A stretch of DNA of 64,000 nt. It comes from a virus (Duplodnaviria; Caudoviricetes). Where the stretch lies: IMG/VR virus record IMGVR_UViG_3300028591_000071. The stretch is one strand, 5' to 3'. The notes beneath the pieces were generated by a model. It was not told the origin of the DNA, did no database searches, and saw nothing but the letters and a program-made list of their open reading frames with translations. Below, one piece after another: positions 45,587-54,358 of this stretch; the first letter of the stretch is position 1, and each line of letters begins with the position of its first letter. A program made the translations under genes and the position numbers.

Positions 45587-48442
45587 TCAAGCATTTGCGG
45601 TTGGTATATTGTTTCCTAACGTTCTACTTGACTTGTAACCGCCGTACTTCTGTACATTCATTTCCTTGATGATTTCCTGTGTAAGTTTCCTTAGGAGTGC
45701 AGGGTCTTTCTTTATCTCCGCCATTATGTCAAAACTCTGTCCGTTCGGCGTTTTGAGTTCAATCTTTCCGTCAATCTTGACTTCGATTGGCCCATTGTTT
45801 GAACGTCCATTTTCATTCCCTTCTTTCTCTGCTCTCCAACGCATTTTTTCCATAACGGAAAGATGTCCGCTCTTTCCATCCTCGGGCTTTCCTCCCTTGA
45901 TGCTAATTGGAGATATGTACGCAGTGCCGATTTCAAACGTTGCAGTATTAAACCTGTTCTTCTTGGCCTCGGCCCTTCTCTCTTCTCTTTCCTGCCTCTT
46001 TTCTTTCTTTGCTTCCTTATCGGCTTCCCTCTCGTCCTTAACCGCATTGATTTGATTAACAATGTCGGTATCACCTTCCCTAAGAAGTTTCTTTCTAAGA
46101 GAATTCGACATCTTTCCTGTTTGAAGGGCTTTATCAATGTCGCTTAGTCTTCCCACACTATAGTTACCCTTCCTTTCAATTCCGAGTTTCTGAAGTTGAG
46201 AATCAACAAGTTTTTCGTTCCTCACCTTCTGTACCTTAACCACGCCTATAGCGGCTCCTGCAACTGCGCCGATGGCGGCGCCAACGGCATTTCCAACACC
46301 AGGTATAACGCTTCCTAACATCATACCCATTGCCGCGCCTTCAAGGGCCGATGAACCAGCCTTCATTGCCATATGCGCTCCGCCGCCTTCCTTTATTTTT
46401 CCACTCGCGACTAACGCATCGGTTGCAATATTACCTGCTGCACCAATTATTCCAACGCCTGCTCCCTTTGCGGCACCTGCCGCAAGTTTTGCTCCAATCT
46501 TCGCTGCGCTTTTTCCTCCAACCTTAATCGCTGTCCTTGTTGCAAGTCTTCCTGCTCCTCGTCTTCCGATACTTGCTTTCCCTGCGTCAACCGCGCCCTT
46601 CGTTACAGCGCTCTTTGCTCCTCCGAATATTTCTTTTCCTGCAGAGTTGAATACTCTTGTTCCTACCTGACTGTAAGATTTTCCTGCAGATGATATTATC
46701 TGTTTTCCGCCTTTTATGTTTGCCGCAATAGTGGATGGAGAAGAAGTTACGGGCGCTGTTGGGCCCCTTCTTATTGCTCTGAATAATCTTCCGCCACCTC
46801 TACCACGAAGCGTTCCAATCGCGCTTGTTAAACTAAAAAGCGTCGTTAAACTATTAAGTATTCCGTGGAACCAATTCTGACCGCCAAGCCATCCGGTTGC
46901 TCCCTTTTCGCCCTGTCCGGCCCCCGTGCGCTCAGAAAATCTTGCCTGTACTGTCTCTCTCTGCTTCACGAAGCCCTCCCTCATATCCTTCAGGCTTCTG
47001 ACATCCCTCGCAATATCCTTGATGTCTTCGCTTTGGCTCTTGGTTTCTCTGACGAGTAAGTCCTTATCTTCGTTTTCAAGTTCATCTATTGTCTTGAATT
47101 CACCGTTTATCGATACACCGGCTTTTCCTTCCCTTATCTCTCCTGAGTTTTCAATGAGTTTCTTTATATCCTCATTTAAGCCGGAAGCATGCGCACTACT
47201 GTTTATCTGTGACCTGATTTCCTTAACGACAATGTTCCTGTTGACATTCTCCATTACCTTATTGAAATCCTGTCCCGTTGCCTCCGCATATGCCTTGAGC
47301 CTTTGCTTATCAAATGCAGAAGTGTATGCTTCTCCCGTCTTTTTGTCATAGACTCCTATGTTGCCTATGATTTGCTCCATCCTCTTTTGGGTATCCTCAA
47401 CGCCCATCAAAGAATCGTGAAGCATCCCGAGCGGGTCGGCAGCTGCAGCAAACGGTCCGCCAAGGACCTGAAGTTTGGCAGCGTTCGTAATAGATTTTTC
47501 AATCGTGTCAAAACTATTCGCAAACGACTGAACCTGAGACATGTCCATCCTTATGGCTGCGGCTCTCTTTGCCATCTCCTCCATACCCTTCAATCCGTTC
47601 TTGAAGTTGTATGTCTGAGCCATTGCCAAACCCTGTTGGACATTCTTTGCGTATCTTTCAAGCGAGATTCCTTCCTTCGATGCCTGAGCATACATTTTGC
47701 CTATATGAGTGCTTGCATCGGAAAGGAATACTCCCATCTTTTCGAATTCAGGAAGAAGTTCGGTACCTAATCCCTGTGTGGCAAAATTAACGGCGGCTAA
47801 ATTTTCTTGGTCTTCGTTACTTAATCTTATGTTTCTTCCGGCCGCCTTTGCATAATTGCTTTGGAGTTCTAAGAGCTCTTGTGCAGAAGTATTATAATTT
47901 ATTCCTATTCTTCCCCTTGCTACGTTTTCAATGGTCTGTTTCCTGAGGGCTTCCATTCCCTTTTGAACCAAACCCACCGTTTTGGCGTACTTAGACGCTG
48001 CTGCATCTGCATTAGCCCAAGGGTCGTTTAACTTTTGTACAGCAGATATAACATTTGCTACCGAATCATATATTTTTTTAATACTTGCAGTTATTCCGTC
48101 TGCTTGTTTTCTTTGTTTTAAATAATCAGTATCCCTCTTTGCTGCTGCAAGTTCTGCTTGTTTTTCCCGTATTTCATCTTGACTTGCACCTTGTTCTTTA
48201 AGTTGTTGTAATTCTTTTTCAAGTCGTATCTCTTCTTCTATGGCTTCATTTATAAGTCTTCTATATTCCTTCTGTTTTTCCAACGGCCCAAGAGCCTCAG
48301 TATAGTCAATTGATGAACGAGAATTTCTAAATCCCGAACCTTTTTCGACATATCCTGCGGATTCAAGTGCGTCAAGAATATCGTCATCGGATATCCTTGG
48401 GTTAATATTAAATATATTTCTTAGTTTGGTTAAATCGGCCAT
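45587..48442 (-). CDS. Tape measure protein
   Basis: Long helical Ala/Gly/Lys-rich protein with a glycine-zipper segment (GAAMGMMLGSVIPGVGNAVGAAIG), downstream of chaperone genes; CTATTTAT at 48470-48477. Confidence 0.8.
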   Translation of the reverse strand: MADLTKLRNIFNINPRISDDDILDALESAGYVEKGSGFRNSRSSIDYTEALGPLEKQKEYRRLINEAIEEEIRLEKELQQLKEQGASQDEIREKQAELAAAKRDTDYLKQRKQADGITASIKKIYDSVANVISAVQKLNDPWANADAAASKYAKTVGLVQKGMEALRKQTIENVARGRIGINYNTSAQELLELQSNYAKAAGRNIRLSNEDQENLAAVNFATQGLGTELLPEFEKMGVFLSDASTHIGKMYAQASKEGISLERYAKNVQQGLAMAQTYNFKNGLKGMEEMAKRAAAIRMDMSQVQSFANSFDTIEKSITNAAKLQVLGGPFAAAADPLGMLHDSLMGVEDTQKRMEQIIGNIGVYDKKTGEAYTSAFDKQRLKAYAEATGQDFNKVMENVNRNIVVKEIRSQINSSAHASGLNEDIKKLIENSGEIREGKAGVSINGEFKTIDELENEDKDLLVRETKSQSEDIKDIARDVRSLKDMREGFVKQRETVQARFSERTGAGQGEKGATGWLGGQNWFHGILNSLTTLFSLTSAIGTLRGRGGGRLFRAIRRGPTAPVTSSPSTIAANIKGGKQIISSAGKSYSQVGTRVFNSAGKEIFGGAKSAVTKGAVDAGKASIGRRGAGRLATRTAIKVGGKSAAKIGAKLAAGAAKGAGVGIIGAAGNIATDALVASGKIKEGGGAHMAMKAGSSALEGAAMGMMLGSVIPGVGNAVGAAIGAVAGAAIGVVKVQKVRNEKLVDSQLQKLGIERKGNYSVGRLSDIDKALQTGKMSNSLRKKLLREGDTDIVNQINAVKDEREADKEAKKEKRQEREERRAEAKKNRFNTATFEIGTAYISPISIKGGKPEDGKSGHLSVMEKMRWRAEKEGNENGRSNNGPIEVKIDGKIELKTPNGQSFDIMAEIKKDPALLRKLTQEIIKEMNVQKYGGYKSSRTLGNNIPTANA

Positions 48443-48500
48443 ATAAAAACTCAATACAATTATTCAAATATAAATAGGACAGGTACAATTATTTAAGAAC

Positions 48501-48528
48501 TAAAAATGGGCGACATTTGCCGCCCATT
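48501..48528 (-). terminator. Intrinsic terminator
   Basis: AATGGGCG/CGCCCATT stem with U-tract. Confidence 0.6.
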
Positions 48529-48548
48529 AATAAGAACAAAATTTATAG

Positions 48549-48810
48549 CTAAAAAACATCGTTTTGCGACCTCCTTGCAAATTCGTTTATTGCACTTCCT
48601 TCGAGATGTTGGGTTGAGCCGCCCTTTGATTGGCTAATTTCCCTTTCCGCAGCGTCGGCTTCCATATTATGTTTTCTGATGAATGCCCTTCTCTCCTGTA
48701 TCGGAATATTCATCACCATCTCATAACTCATACCGACATGCTTTATGCAGCCCCAAATCTCTTCTATCCAGTTCTTATAATACTCAGTCGGCGAGATTGA
48801 GAAAAAGGAA
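48549..48810 (-). CDS. Tail assembly chaperone C-terminal extension (probable frameshift product, lambda gpT-like)
   Basis: Overlaps the upstream ORF in the +1 frame; no good ATG before the EEIWGCIKHVGMSY..MNIP..ERR segment; immediately upstream of the tape measure gene. Confidence 0.6.
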
Positions 48811-50070
48811 TTGGTCAAGTTGAAGAAAGGTTTCAAAGGAGCCACCTCCCAGCTCCTCGGGCCTGTTTACCTTAATCGTATAATCGATACCAGGCTCGTT
48901 ATTGGCAATATACTTTCTGAGAGCCGTGGAATCCTTGATTCTCATTGTCTTGATGAAATTTGAAATGTAGTCCCTGTCGGTGATTCCGTCAACGGCCATA
49001 ATAAGAAGGTTCAACCTGTTCGTCAACTGCTTATTGAACATCTGTTCGCTGTCATCAATCTTATCAGCCCAATCCTCAAGGGTTCTGATTGCCTTCCTGA
49101 CCTTAATCTTATCATCTGCACTGAGTTTCTTTTCAGCCTCGATGAATGTATCAAGGTTATTCACATAGGTTTCTATCGTGGTCTTCCTCAACTTCTCATC
49201 CTCCGCCGTCTTCATCTTCTCAAGGATAAGCGTATCCCTGTGGGTAGGGAATCTGAACTTAACCTCAACCCCGCTTTCAGGAAGGGTAAACGGGAACCAT
49301 CCGTTAGAATCTCCCTTAAGGTTGAACTCCTTCATCTTCAACTCTGAAAGGTCAATTATGGATTCAAACTCCTTTCCAGTTACATTATCCGTTGCCGTGA
49401 TAGGATATTCGTTTCCATAACCGTTCATCCTGAGGAAAAGGATAATCGCGTCGCGGTCACCTTCAAGAAGGTCAAGGGGGTCAATCTCCTTGCTCATCAA
49501 CTTTGCATTGATGAGATAATCAAGAATAAGATTGTCCCTGTAAAGGTTAGGTGAAACAATCATATTTTCATCATATGCGGTAAGATAAGAAACTGATACT
49601 TTCTTAATCTTGTCTTTATATCCCTCACCCTTTGACGGGAGGTTGATGATATCGAAGTTCGCTCCCGGCTGATAAGTTCCCTTCTTCGGTATATATTCCT
49701 GCTCGAGCCTCGTCTCAGTCTCGTTCACAGCCGTCTTTACCTTTTCGGCCTTCTGTTCTTCTTCGTTCATCAATTCCAACGCTGCCTTTGATATTGCATC
49801 AAGGTCATTCACCTTCGCATTCGATACCTTCTTTTTCTTCTTAAGGTCATCTATGTTCCCGCCATACTGAACATATTGGTCGATGATATCCTGCTCTGCG
49901 GTTTCAATCAACTTGATTTCCTTGTCAATATCCTCCTTGGTATATTTCCTTGTTCCATCTTCGTTGAGAGCCGCCTTAAGCCTCTTCTCAGTCTCCTTCT
50001 TCGTCTTCTCATACATATCGTATGATAATTTCAACTGTTTGAGACTTCTCTCCTCATTTACTTCTACCAT
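48784..50070 (-). CDS. Tail assembly chaperone / T4 gp26-like baseplate hub assembly protein
   Basis: INLPSKG..Y, YLTAYDENMI, LLEGDRDAIILFLR..GYG.EY, FTLPESG.EVKFRF, IMAVDG, DS.ALRKYI...EPGID. Confidence 0.75.
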   Translation of the reverse strand: MVEVNEERSLKQLKLSYDMYEKTKKETEKRLKAALNEDGTRKYTKEDIDKEIKLIETAEQDIIDQYVQYGGNIDDLKKKKKVSNAKVNDLDAISKAALELMNEEEQKAEKVKTAVNETETRLEQEYIPKKGTYQPGANFDIINLPSKGEGYKDKIKKVSVSYLTAYDENMIVSPNLYRDNLILDYLINAKLMSKEIDPLDLLEGDRDAIILFLRMNGYGNEYPITATDNVTGKEFESIIDLSELKMKEFNLKGDSNGWFPFTLPESGVEVKFRFPTHRDTLILEKMKTAEDEKLRKTTIETYVNNLDTFIEAEKKLSADDKIKVRKAIRTLEDWADKIDDSEQMFNKQLTNRLNLLIMAVDGITDRDYISNFIKTMRIKDSTALRKYIANNEPGIDYTIKVNRPEELGGGSFETFLQLDQFLFLNLAD

Positions 50071-50071
50071 A

Positions 50072-50590
50072 TTAATGTCTTTTTTTCTTATTTTTCTTTA
50101 TAATCTGTTTTTCTTCTTCTATCCCGAACCGTTCCTTAAGAAACTCCATCACCTTGTACGGATTATTCCTTATGTCGTGTTCCCATATCCTTATCAATGC
50201 ATATCCGTGAATCGCCGCCCATTCGTTCTTTATCTCATCAACCCTGTGATTCCGCTTCTGCATCGGGCTCATCTCCTCATAAACCTTTCCGTATGAGTGA
50301 TAGTAATCGCCATCAACCTCAATCAGCACATTCAAACTCGGGAGATAAAAATCATAGTAACGCTTTATATCCTTTGCATAGAACTGCTTGCTGTATTCGA
50401 CCTTCAACTTCTTAAGTATATCCCTTTCAAAAATCAATTCCAACTTCGATGTTCCATACTTCGGATGCGGCCTCTTACTCCTTGCTATGTTCTTCTTGAT
50501 AATCTCCGAGACCGCCGGCTTCTTTTTCTTCACGGTTTTCGACCTCGGTTTCTGATATGTTCCGCTTTTCTTTACAGGTTGTAATCCCAT
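50072..50590 (-). CDS. Vsr/DUF559-like endonuclease
   Basis: TSKLE, YDFYLP, LIEVDGDYYH, D..KNEWA..HGY.LIRIWE. Confidence 0.8.
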   Translation of the reverse strand: MGLQPVKKSGTYQKPRSKTVKKKKPAVSEIIKKNIARSKRPHPKYGTSKLELIFERDILKKLKVEYSKQFYAKDIKRYYDFYLPSLNVLIEVDGDYYHSYGKVYEEMSPMQKRNHRVDEIKNEWAAIHGYALIRIWEHDIRNNPYKVMEFLKERFGIEEEKQIIKKNKKKRH

Positions 50591-51161
50591 GTTTCTTGTA
50601 TTTGAAAGTGGCGTAAGAACTCAATATATCATCAGACTTGTATGTAAGCCCATTGAGCCCCAACCTTTTTACCTTTACCTTCGAGAAGGTTTCCACTCTT
50701 ATTATTCTTCCTATTGGGTCCAAGAACTCGATAGTCACCTCATTGAACTTGCCCTTCTTATTTAAGTAGTTGAATGGTGAAAAGTCCTCGGTCTCATAAA
50801 ACACGACATTGAATTCTTTTCTGTCAAAATCATATCCGACATAATGAGGATAGTAAACAGGGATATCACCAATGGTTACGATAAACATATTTGTCTTAAG
50901 TGGATTCACGCCACCATTTGGACTTCTTAGTATAACAGACTCACCCGTCATCTCATAAGGAAGTTGTTTCATTACCTGTTCCTTCGGCTCATCGTATGCC
51001 AATGTCATCGTCTCCTCAAACTTTACGGACGCAATAAAACTCGCCATCGCTTCCCTCACGGCAAGTATCTCCATTTCAGAACACCCTCTTTCCTCCATTT
51101 GTTTTATGGTGTTCTCGTACATCTTTATCGTCGAATTATAAATTGAACTGTTCTTTTCCAT
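50475..51161 (-). CDS. Divergent tail-tube-like paralogue with N-terminal extension
   Basis: NPLKTNMF...IEFLDPIG.IIR...GLTYKSDDI...ATF aligns by eye with the tube protein EPLRKNRF...LEMLDPTG.VVQ...DLNYGQDDL...ATL. Confidence 0.55.
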   Translation of the reverse strand: MEKNSSIYNSTIKMYENTIKQMEERGCSEMEILAVREAMASFIASVKFEETMTLAYDEPKEQVMKQLPYEMTGESVILRSPNGGVNPLKTNMFIVTIGDIPVYYPHYVGYDFDRKEFNVVFYETEDFSPFNYLNKKGKFNEVTIEFLDPIGRIIRVETFSKVKVKRLGLNGLTYKSDDILSSYATFKYKKHGITTCKEKRNISETEVENREEKEAGGLGDYQEEHSKE

Positions 51162-51259
51162 CTTGATATACTTTTACATATAAAAATAACCATTACGATT
51201 TATTAGTCAATAACATTTTATATCCTGCAACTATTTATATTTGAAAATTGCAATTTATC

Positions 51260-51640
51260 ATGAAAAAAACAGTTAAGCAGAATATATCTGAAATGAAAAG
51301 ATTGTCTTCAAGGATTCCTAAAACGATAAACGAGGCAATCAACTTCCAAGAGGATGATGATTTGGAGATGCAGGACGAGCCGATGGACGGCATTGACGCT
51401 GAAGAACCTATGGACGAGCCAAAGGAAGAAAGCGGAATGGATGTAATGGCATTCGTTGACGACATCCGTAAGAAATCACTTAAGGGTATGGCACAATTGG
51501 CCGACAACCCTGACGACGAGCGTTACCAACTTCTTAAGAAGATTTGGCAGATTTGCGATAAGAAACCTGAGCAGCAGACAGCATTCAACCGCCCTGAACA
51601 GCCACAAAAACCTCAGCAGCCAAACGTTGGAATGATGTAA
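51260..51640 (+). CDS. Hypothetical acidic protein, possible head/core protein
   Basis: CTATTTAT at 51231-51238; N-terminal ISE and INE motifs. Confidence 0.6.
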   Translation: MKKTVKQNISEMKRLSSRIPKTINEAINFQEDDDLEMQDEPMDGIDAEEPMDEPKEESGMDVMAFVDDIRKKSLKGMAQLADNPDDERYQLLKKIWQICDKKPEQQTAFNRPEQPQKPQQPNVGMM

Positions 51641-51701
51641 AAATTGAAAAACAACTATTTATATTTAAAGATAATAACAAGAAAAACATAATAAACTGAT
51701 T

Positions 51702-52190
51702 ATGAGCGATTTACTAAGTAAAATTCCTAATGTTTATGAGCCATTAAGGAAAAATAGATTTATATTCCGTTTCCCTGCAGACCTCGGAATACAGGAGTGG
51801 ACAGTTGAATCAGGTCGCCGTCCTTCTATCAATCAGAACGCTACCGAAATCCAGTTCCTTAATACATCAACTTGGGTTCTTGGTAGATACACATGGCAGG
51901 AAATGCAGTTGACATTCCGTGACCCTATCGGACCTTCAACCTCTCAAGCAATTATGGAGTGGGTTCGCCTTGGTTCGGAAACAGTTACGGGTCGTCAGGG
52001 TTACGCTGCAGGTTACAAACGCGATGTTGAACTCGAAATGCTTGACCCTACAGGTGCTGTTGTTCAGAAGTGGATTCTCAAGGGGTGCTTCCTTACGAAT
52101 GTCGAATTCGGTGACTTGAACTACGGTCAGGATGACCTCGCAACAATCACCGCAACGCTTCGTCCTGATTATTGCATCCTTTGCTACTAA
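51702..52190 (+). CDS. Tail tube protein (T4 gp19-like)
   Basis: YEPLRKNRF, RPSI, W..M.LTFRDPIGPS.SQAIMEW, GYAAGYKRD.ELEMLDPTG.VV.KW.L.G.F; CTATTTAT at 51655-51662. Confidence 0.9.
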   Translation: MSDLLSKIPNVYEPLRKNRFIFRFPADLGIQEWTVESGRRPSINQNATEIQFLNTSTWVLGRYTWQEMQLTFRDPIGPSTSQAIMEWVRLGSETVTGRQGYAAGYKRDVELEMLDPTGAVVQKWILKGCFLTNVEFGDLNYGQDDLATITATLRPDYCILCY

Positions 52191-52216
52191 TAAGAAAGAT
52201 ACATATTGTGTTAACG

Positions 52217-52248
52217 AAAAAAAGCAGGAGTTTAATCCTGCTTTTTTT
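52217..52248. terminator. Bidirectional terminator
   Basis: A7-GCAGGA...TCCTGC-T7 between the convergent tube and rmlD genes. Confidence 0.75.
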
Positions 52249-53206
52249 GTTCATAATTCTTTGACAACCCCCATCCGAACATATCCCAACGTTTTTGCCA
52301 TGGTATAATCTTGACATATCTTTCCTTACATAATCTCAGTGCAGTCCTCCAATCCATAAGTTCCGCGTCGAATATGAGCCGTATCCTTTTTTTGCTTAAT
52401 ATACAGGATTGCGGCCTTTTTGCCTTGTCCTCGAAATCCGAAGAATCGCATGGAAATATTCTTCTATAGTTGGCCTCATATCCAAATTCTTCTTCTATGG
52501 CCTTTGCAAAATCATATCTTGACGCAATTCCCGCATCTGTATAATGAAATGTCCTGTTGCTTATGCATTTGGCATTTTCCCAATGTAATATAAGATGCTT
52601 TACAATAAAGTCCGCGAGATTACCCGCATATGTTGGGCATCCTATTTGGTCATGGACATAGTAAAGGTTTTTTCCTTCATCTTTTGCCCTTTCAATATTG
52701 TCAATCGTCTTCGTCAGGAAATTTTCGCCGTATTCGGAATAGAGCCATGAAGTCCTTATGATAAATGCTTCAGGATAGATTGACCTGACTGCCTGTTCCC
52801 CACAATACTTTGAGACTCCATATATATTCAGCGGATTGCATTTGTCTGATTCGATATATGCAGTTGTTTTCGTTCCGTCATATACATAATCAGTTGATAT
52901 ATGTATCAGTCCTACATTTCTCTCCTTACACTCAATCGCAAGATATGTCGGGCCAACAGCATTGACCATATAAGCAATTGTCCTGTTATCTTCAGCATTG
53001 TCAGTCTTTACATAAGCAGCGCAGTTGACGACTACATTGGGCTTATATTCATCAAGCGCTTTCACTATTTCTTCTCTGTTTGTTATATCGAGTTCTCTTC
53101 TGTTAAGGAGTACGAACTGAATCTGTTTTCCCTGAACCCTGTCAAATGCATCTTCCATACATCTTCCAAGTTGTCCGCCAGCGCCTGTTACTAATACCGT
53201 CATCAT
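52232..53206 (-). CDS. rmlD: dTDP-4-dehydrorhamnose reductase
   Basis: VTGAGGQLG, NCAAY...D.AE, HISTDYVYDG, YGVSKY.GE, RTSWLY, DQIGCPT, AKRP. Confidence 0.92.
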   Translation of the reverse strand: MMTVLVTGAGGQLGRCMEDAFDRVQGKQIQFVLLNRRELDITNREEIVKALDEYKPNVVVNCAAYVKTDNAEDNRTIAYMVNAVGPTYLAIECKERNVGLIHISTDYVYDGTKTTAYIESDKCNPLNIYGVSKYCGEQAVRSIYPEAFIIRTSWLYSEYGENFLTKTIDNIERAKDEGKNLYYVHDQIGCPTYAGNLADFIVKHLILHWENAKCISNRTFHYTDAGIASRYDFAKAIEEEFGYEANYRRIFPCDSSDFEDKAKRPQSCILSKKRIRLIFDAELMDWRTALRLCKERYVKIIPWQKRWDMFGWGLSKNYEQKKQD

Positions 53207-53255
53207 AATATATCCATAATTTTAATTAAGATATAGGCAAATGTGGTAAAAGTCA

Positions 53256-53283
53256 ATAATGGCGGGTGTTTGCCCGCCATTAT
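53256..53283. terminator. Hairpin/terminator after the C1 peptidase gene
   Basis: ATAATGGCGGG...CCCGCCATTAT, 11-bp stem. Confidence 0.6.
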
Positions 53284-53909
53284 CAGTCAATTATCGTCCA
53301 CGCTTCAATCAGTTTATTGGAATCTTCGTATGGTATTGTCGTGTAACCATCCCTACAGAACTCCATTCCCCACGAGTTCCTGATTATGAACCCTTCGTCA
53401 TTATATCCAACGATTGATATTGCATGATACCCGAAAAGTCTGTCTCCCGGTCTCTTGTCCCAAAAACTACATTCGTTTGAATATACAGGGAGTGCACCAA
53501 GGCATGGGCCGTTCATCACCAATGCATAACGGAGGTCAATCATGTTGTTAACCTTTGCATAGTGCCCGATGCCCAATGTACCTGCAGATGATTTTACGCC
53601 ATGATGTCTTAAATAACCAAGTCCTTCCTTAAAGGTCATTCCATCACCATCGTTTGTCCTAATCTTATAGATGTCCATAAGGGCAACCTTATTATCCTTG
53701 TTAGAGCCATCATTAAGATTCTCCTTCCAATTCAGATATGCTGAAAGCGAACATGGTACACATATAGAAAGAGAGCCCTGATTTATAACGCCGGGCAAAT
53801 ACCTTTCATAAGTGTATTCTCCGGGCAACTCCGTATCGATTCCCGCGCTGAAGATTATTTCTGTTCCGTCGATTGTTGACGGGATGAAGCCAAAATTCCT
53901 GTTTTCCAT
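53283..53909 (-). CDS. Papain-like cysteine peptidase (C1 family)
   Basis: NQGSLSIC (Q and C), HAISIVGY (H), IRNSWG (N). Confidence 0.85.
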   Translation of the reverse strand: MENRNFGFIPSTIDGTEIIFSAGIDTELPGEYTYERYLPGVINQGSLSICVPCSLSAYLNWKENLNDGSNKDNKVALMDIYKIRTNDGDGMTFKEGLGYLRHHGVKSSAGTLGIGHYAKVNNMIDLRYALVMNGPCLGALPVYSNECSFWDKRPGDRLFGYHAISIVGYNDEGFIIRNSWGMEFCRDGYTTIPYEDSNKLIEAWTIID

Positions 53910-53922
53910 AGCGACCTGTTAT

Positions 53923-54270
53923 TTATTTCGTTATTCTCCTTTGAACGCTGTATGGCTCGCTGTTCCCAACGATTATGTAAATAACCTCATCCTTTCCGAG
54001 AGACTTGATGTACATGTACTTGTAGATGTTTATTCCCGTTTCATTATCCTTGAACGACTTTACAATCCACTTGTCCATCGTTGGGAGAGTGTCGGCAACG
54101 CATATTGAATCAATCTGCCACCTGCTTGCCTCCATTACATATGAATTCATCATCGATGTTCCATAAGTGGGTTCGGCATCATTTTTGCAAATGTTCCTCA
54201 ACCATCCGCAACTTGCCACGGACAAACATAATATTGTCGCAGCCAATAGGTTTGTGATAAACTTTTTCAT
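53923..54270 (-). CDS. Predicted lipoprotein
   Basis: MKK, hydrophobic stretch, LSVASC lipobox; CTATTTAT at 54286-54293. Confidence 0.7.
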   Translation of the reverse strand: MKKFITNLLAATILCLSVASCGWLRNICKNDAEPTYGTSMMNSYVMEASRWQIDSICVADTLPTMDKWIVKSFKDNETGINIYKYMYIKSLGKDEVIYIIVGNSEPYSVQRRITK

Positions 54271-54305
54271 GTCTTAATTTTTTCTATAAATAGTTCAGTA
54301 TGGAC

Positions 54306-54338
54306 AAAAAATAAGAGCCGACTTTTATCGGCTCTTAT
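54306..54338 (-). terminator. Terminator after the tail sheath gene
   Basis: ATAAGAGCCGA...TCGGCTCTTAT stem with U-tract. Confidence 0.7.
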
Positions 54339-54358
54339 ACTAAGTATTTAACTATCAA

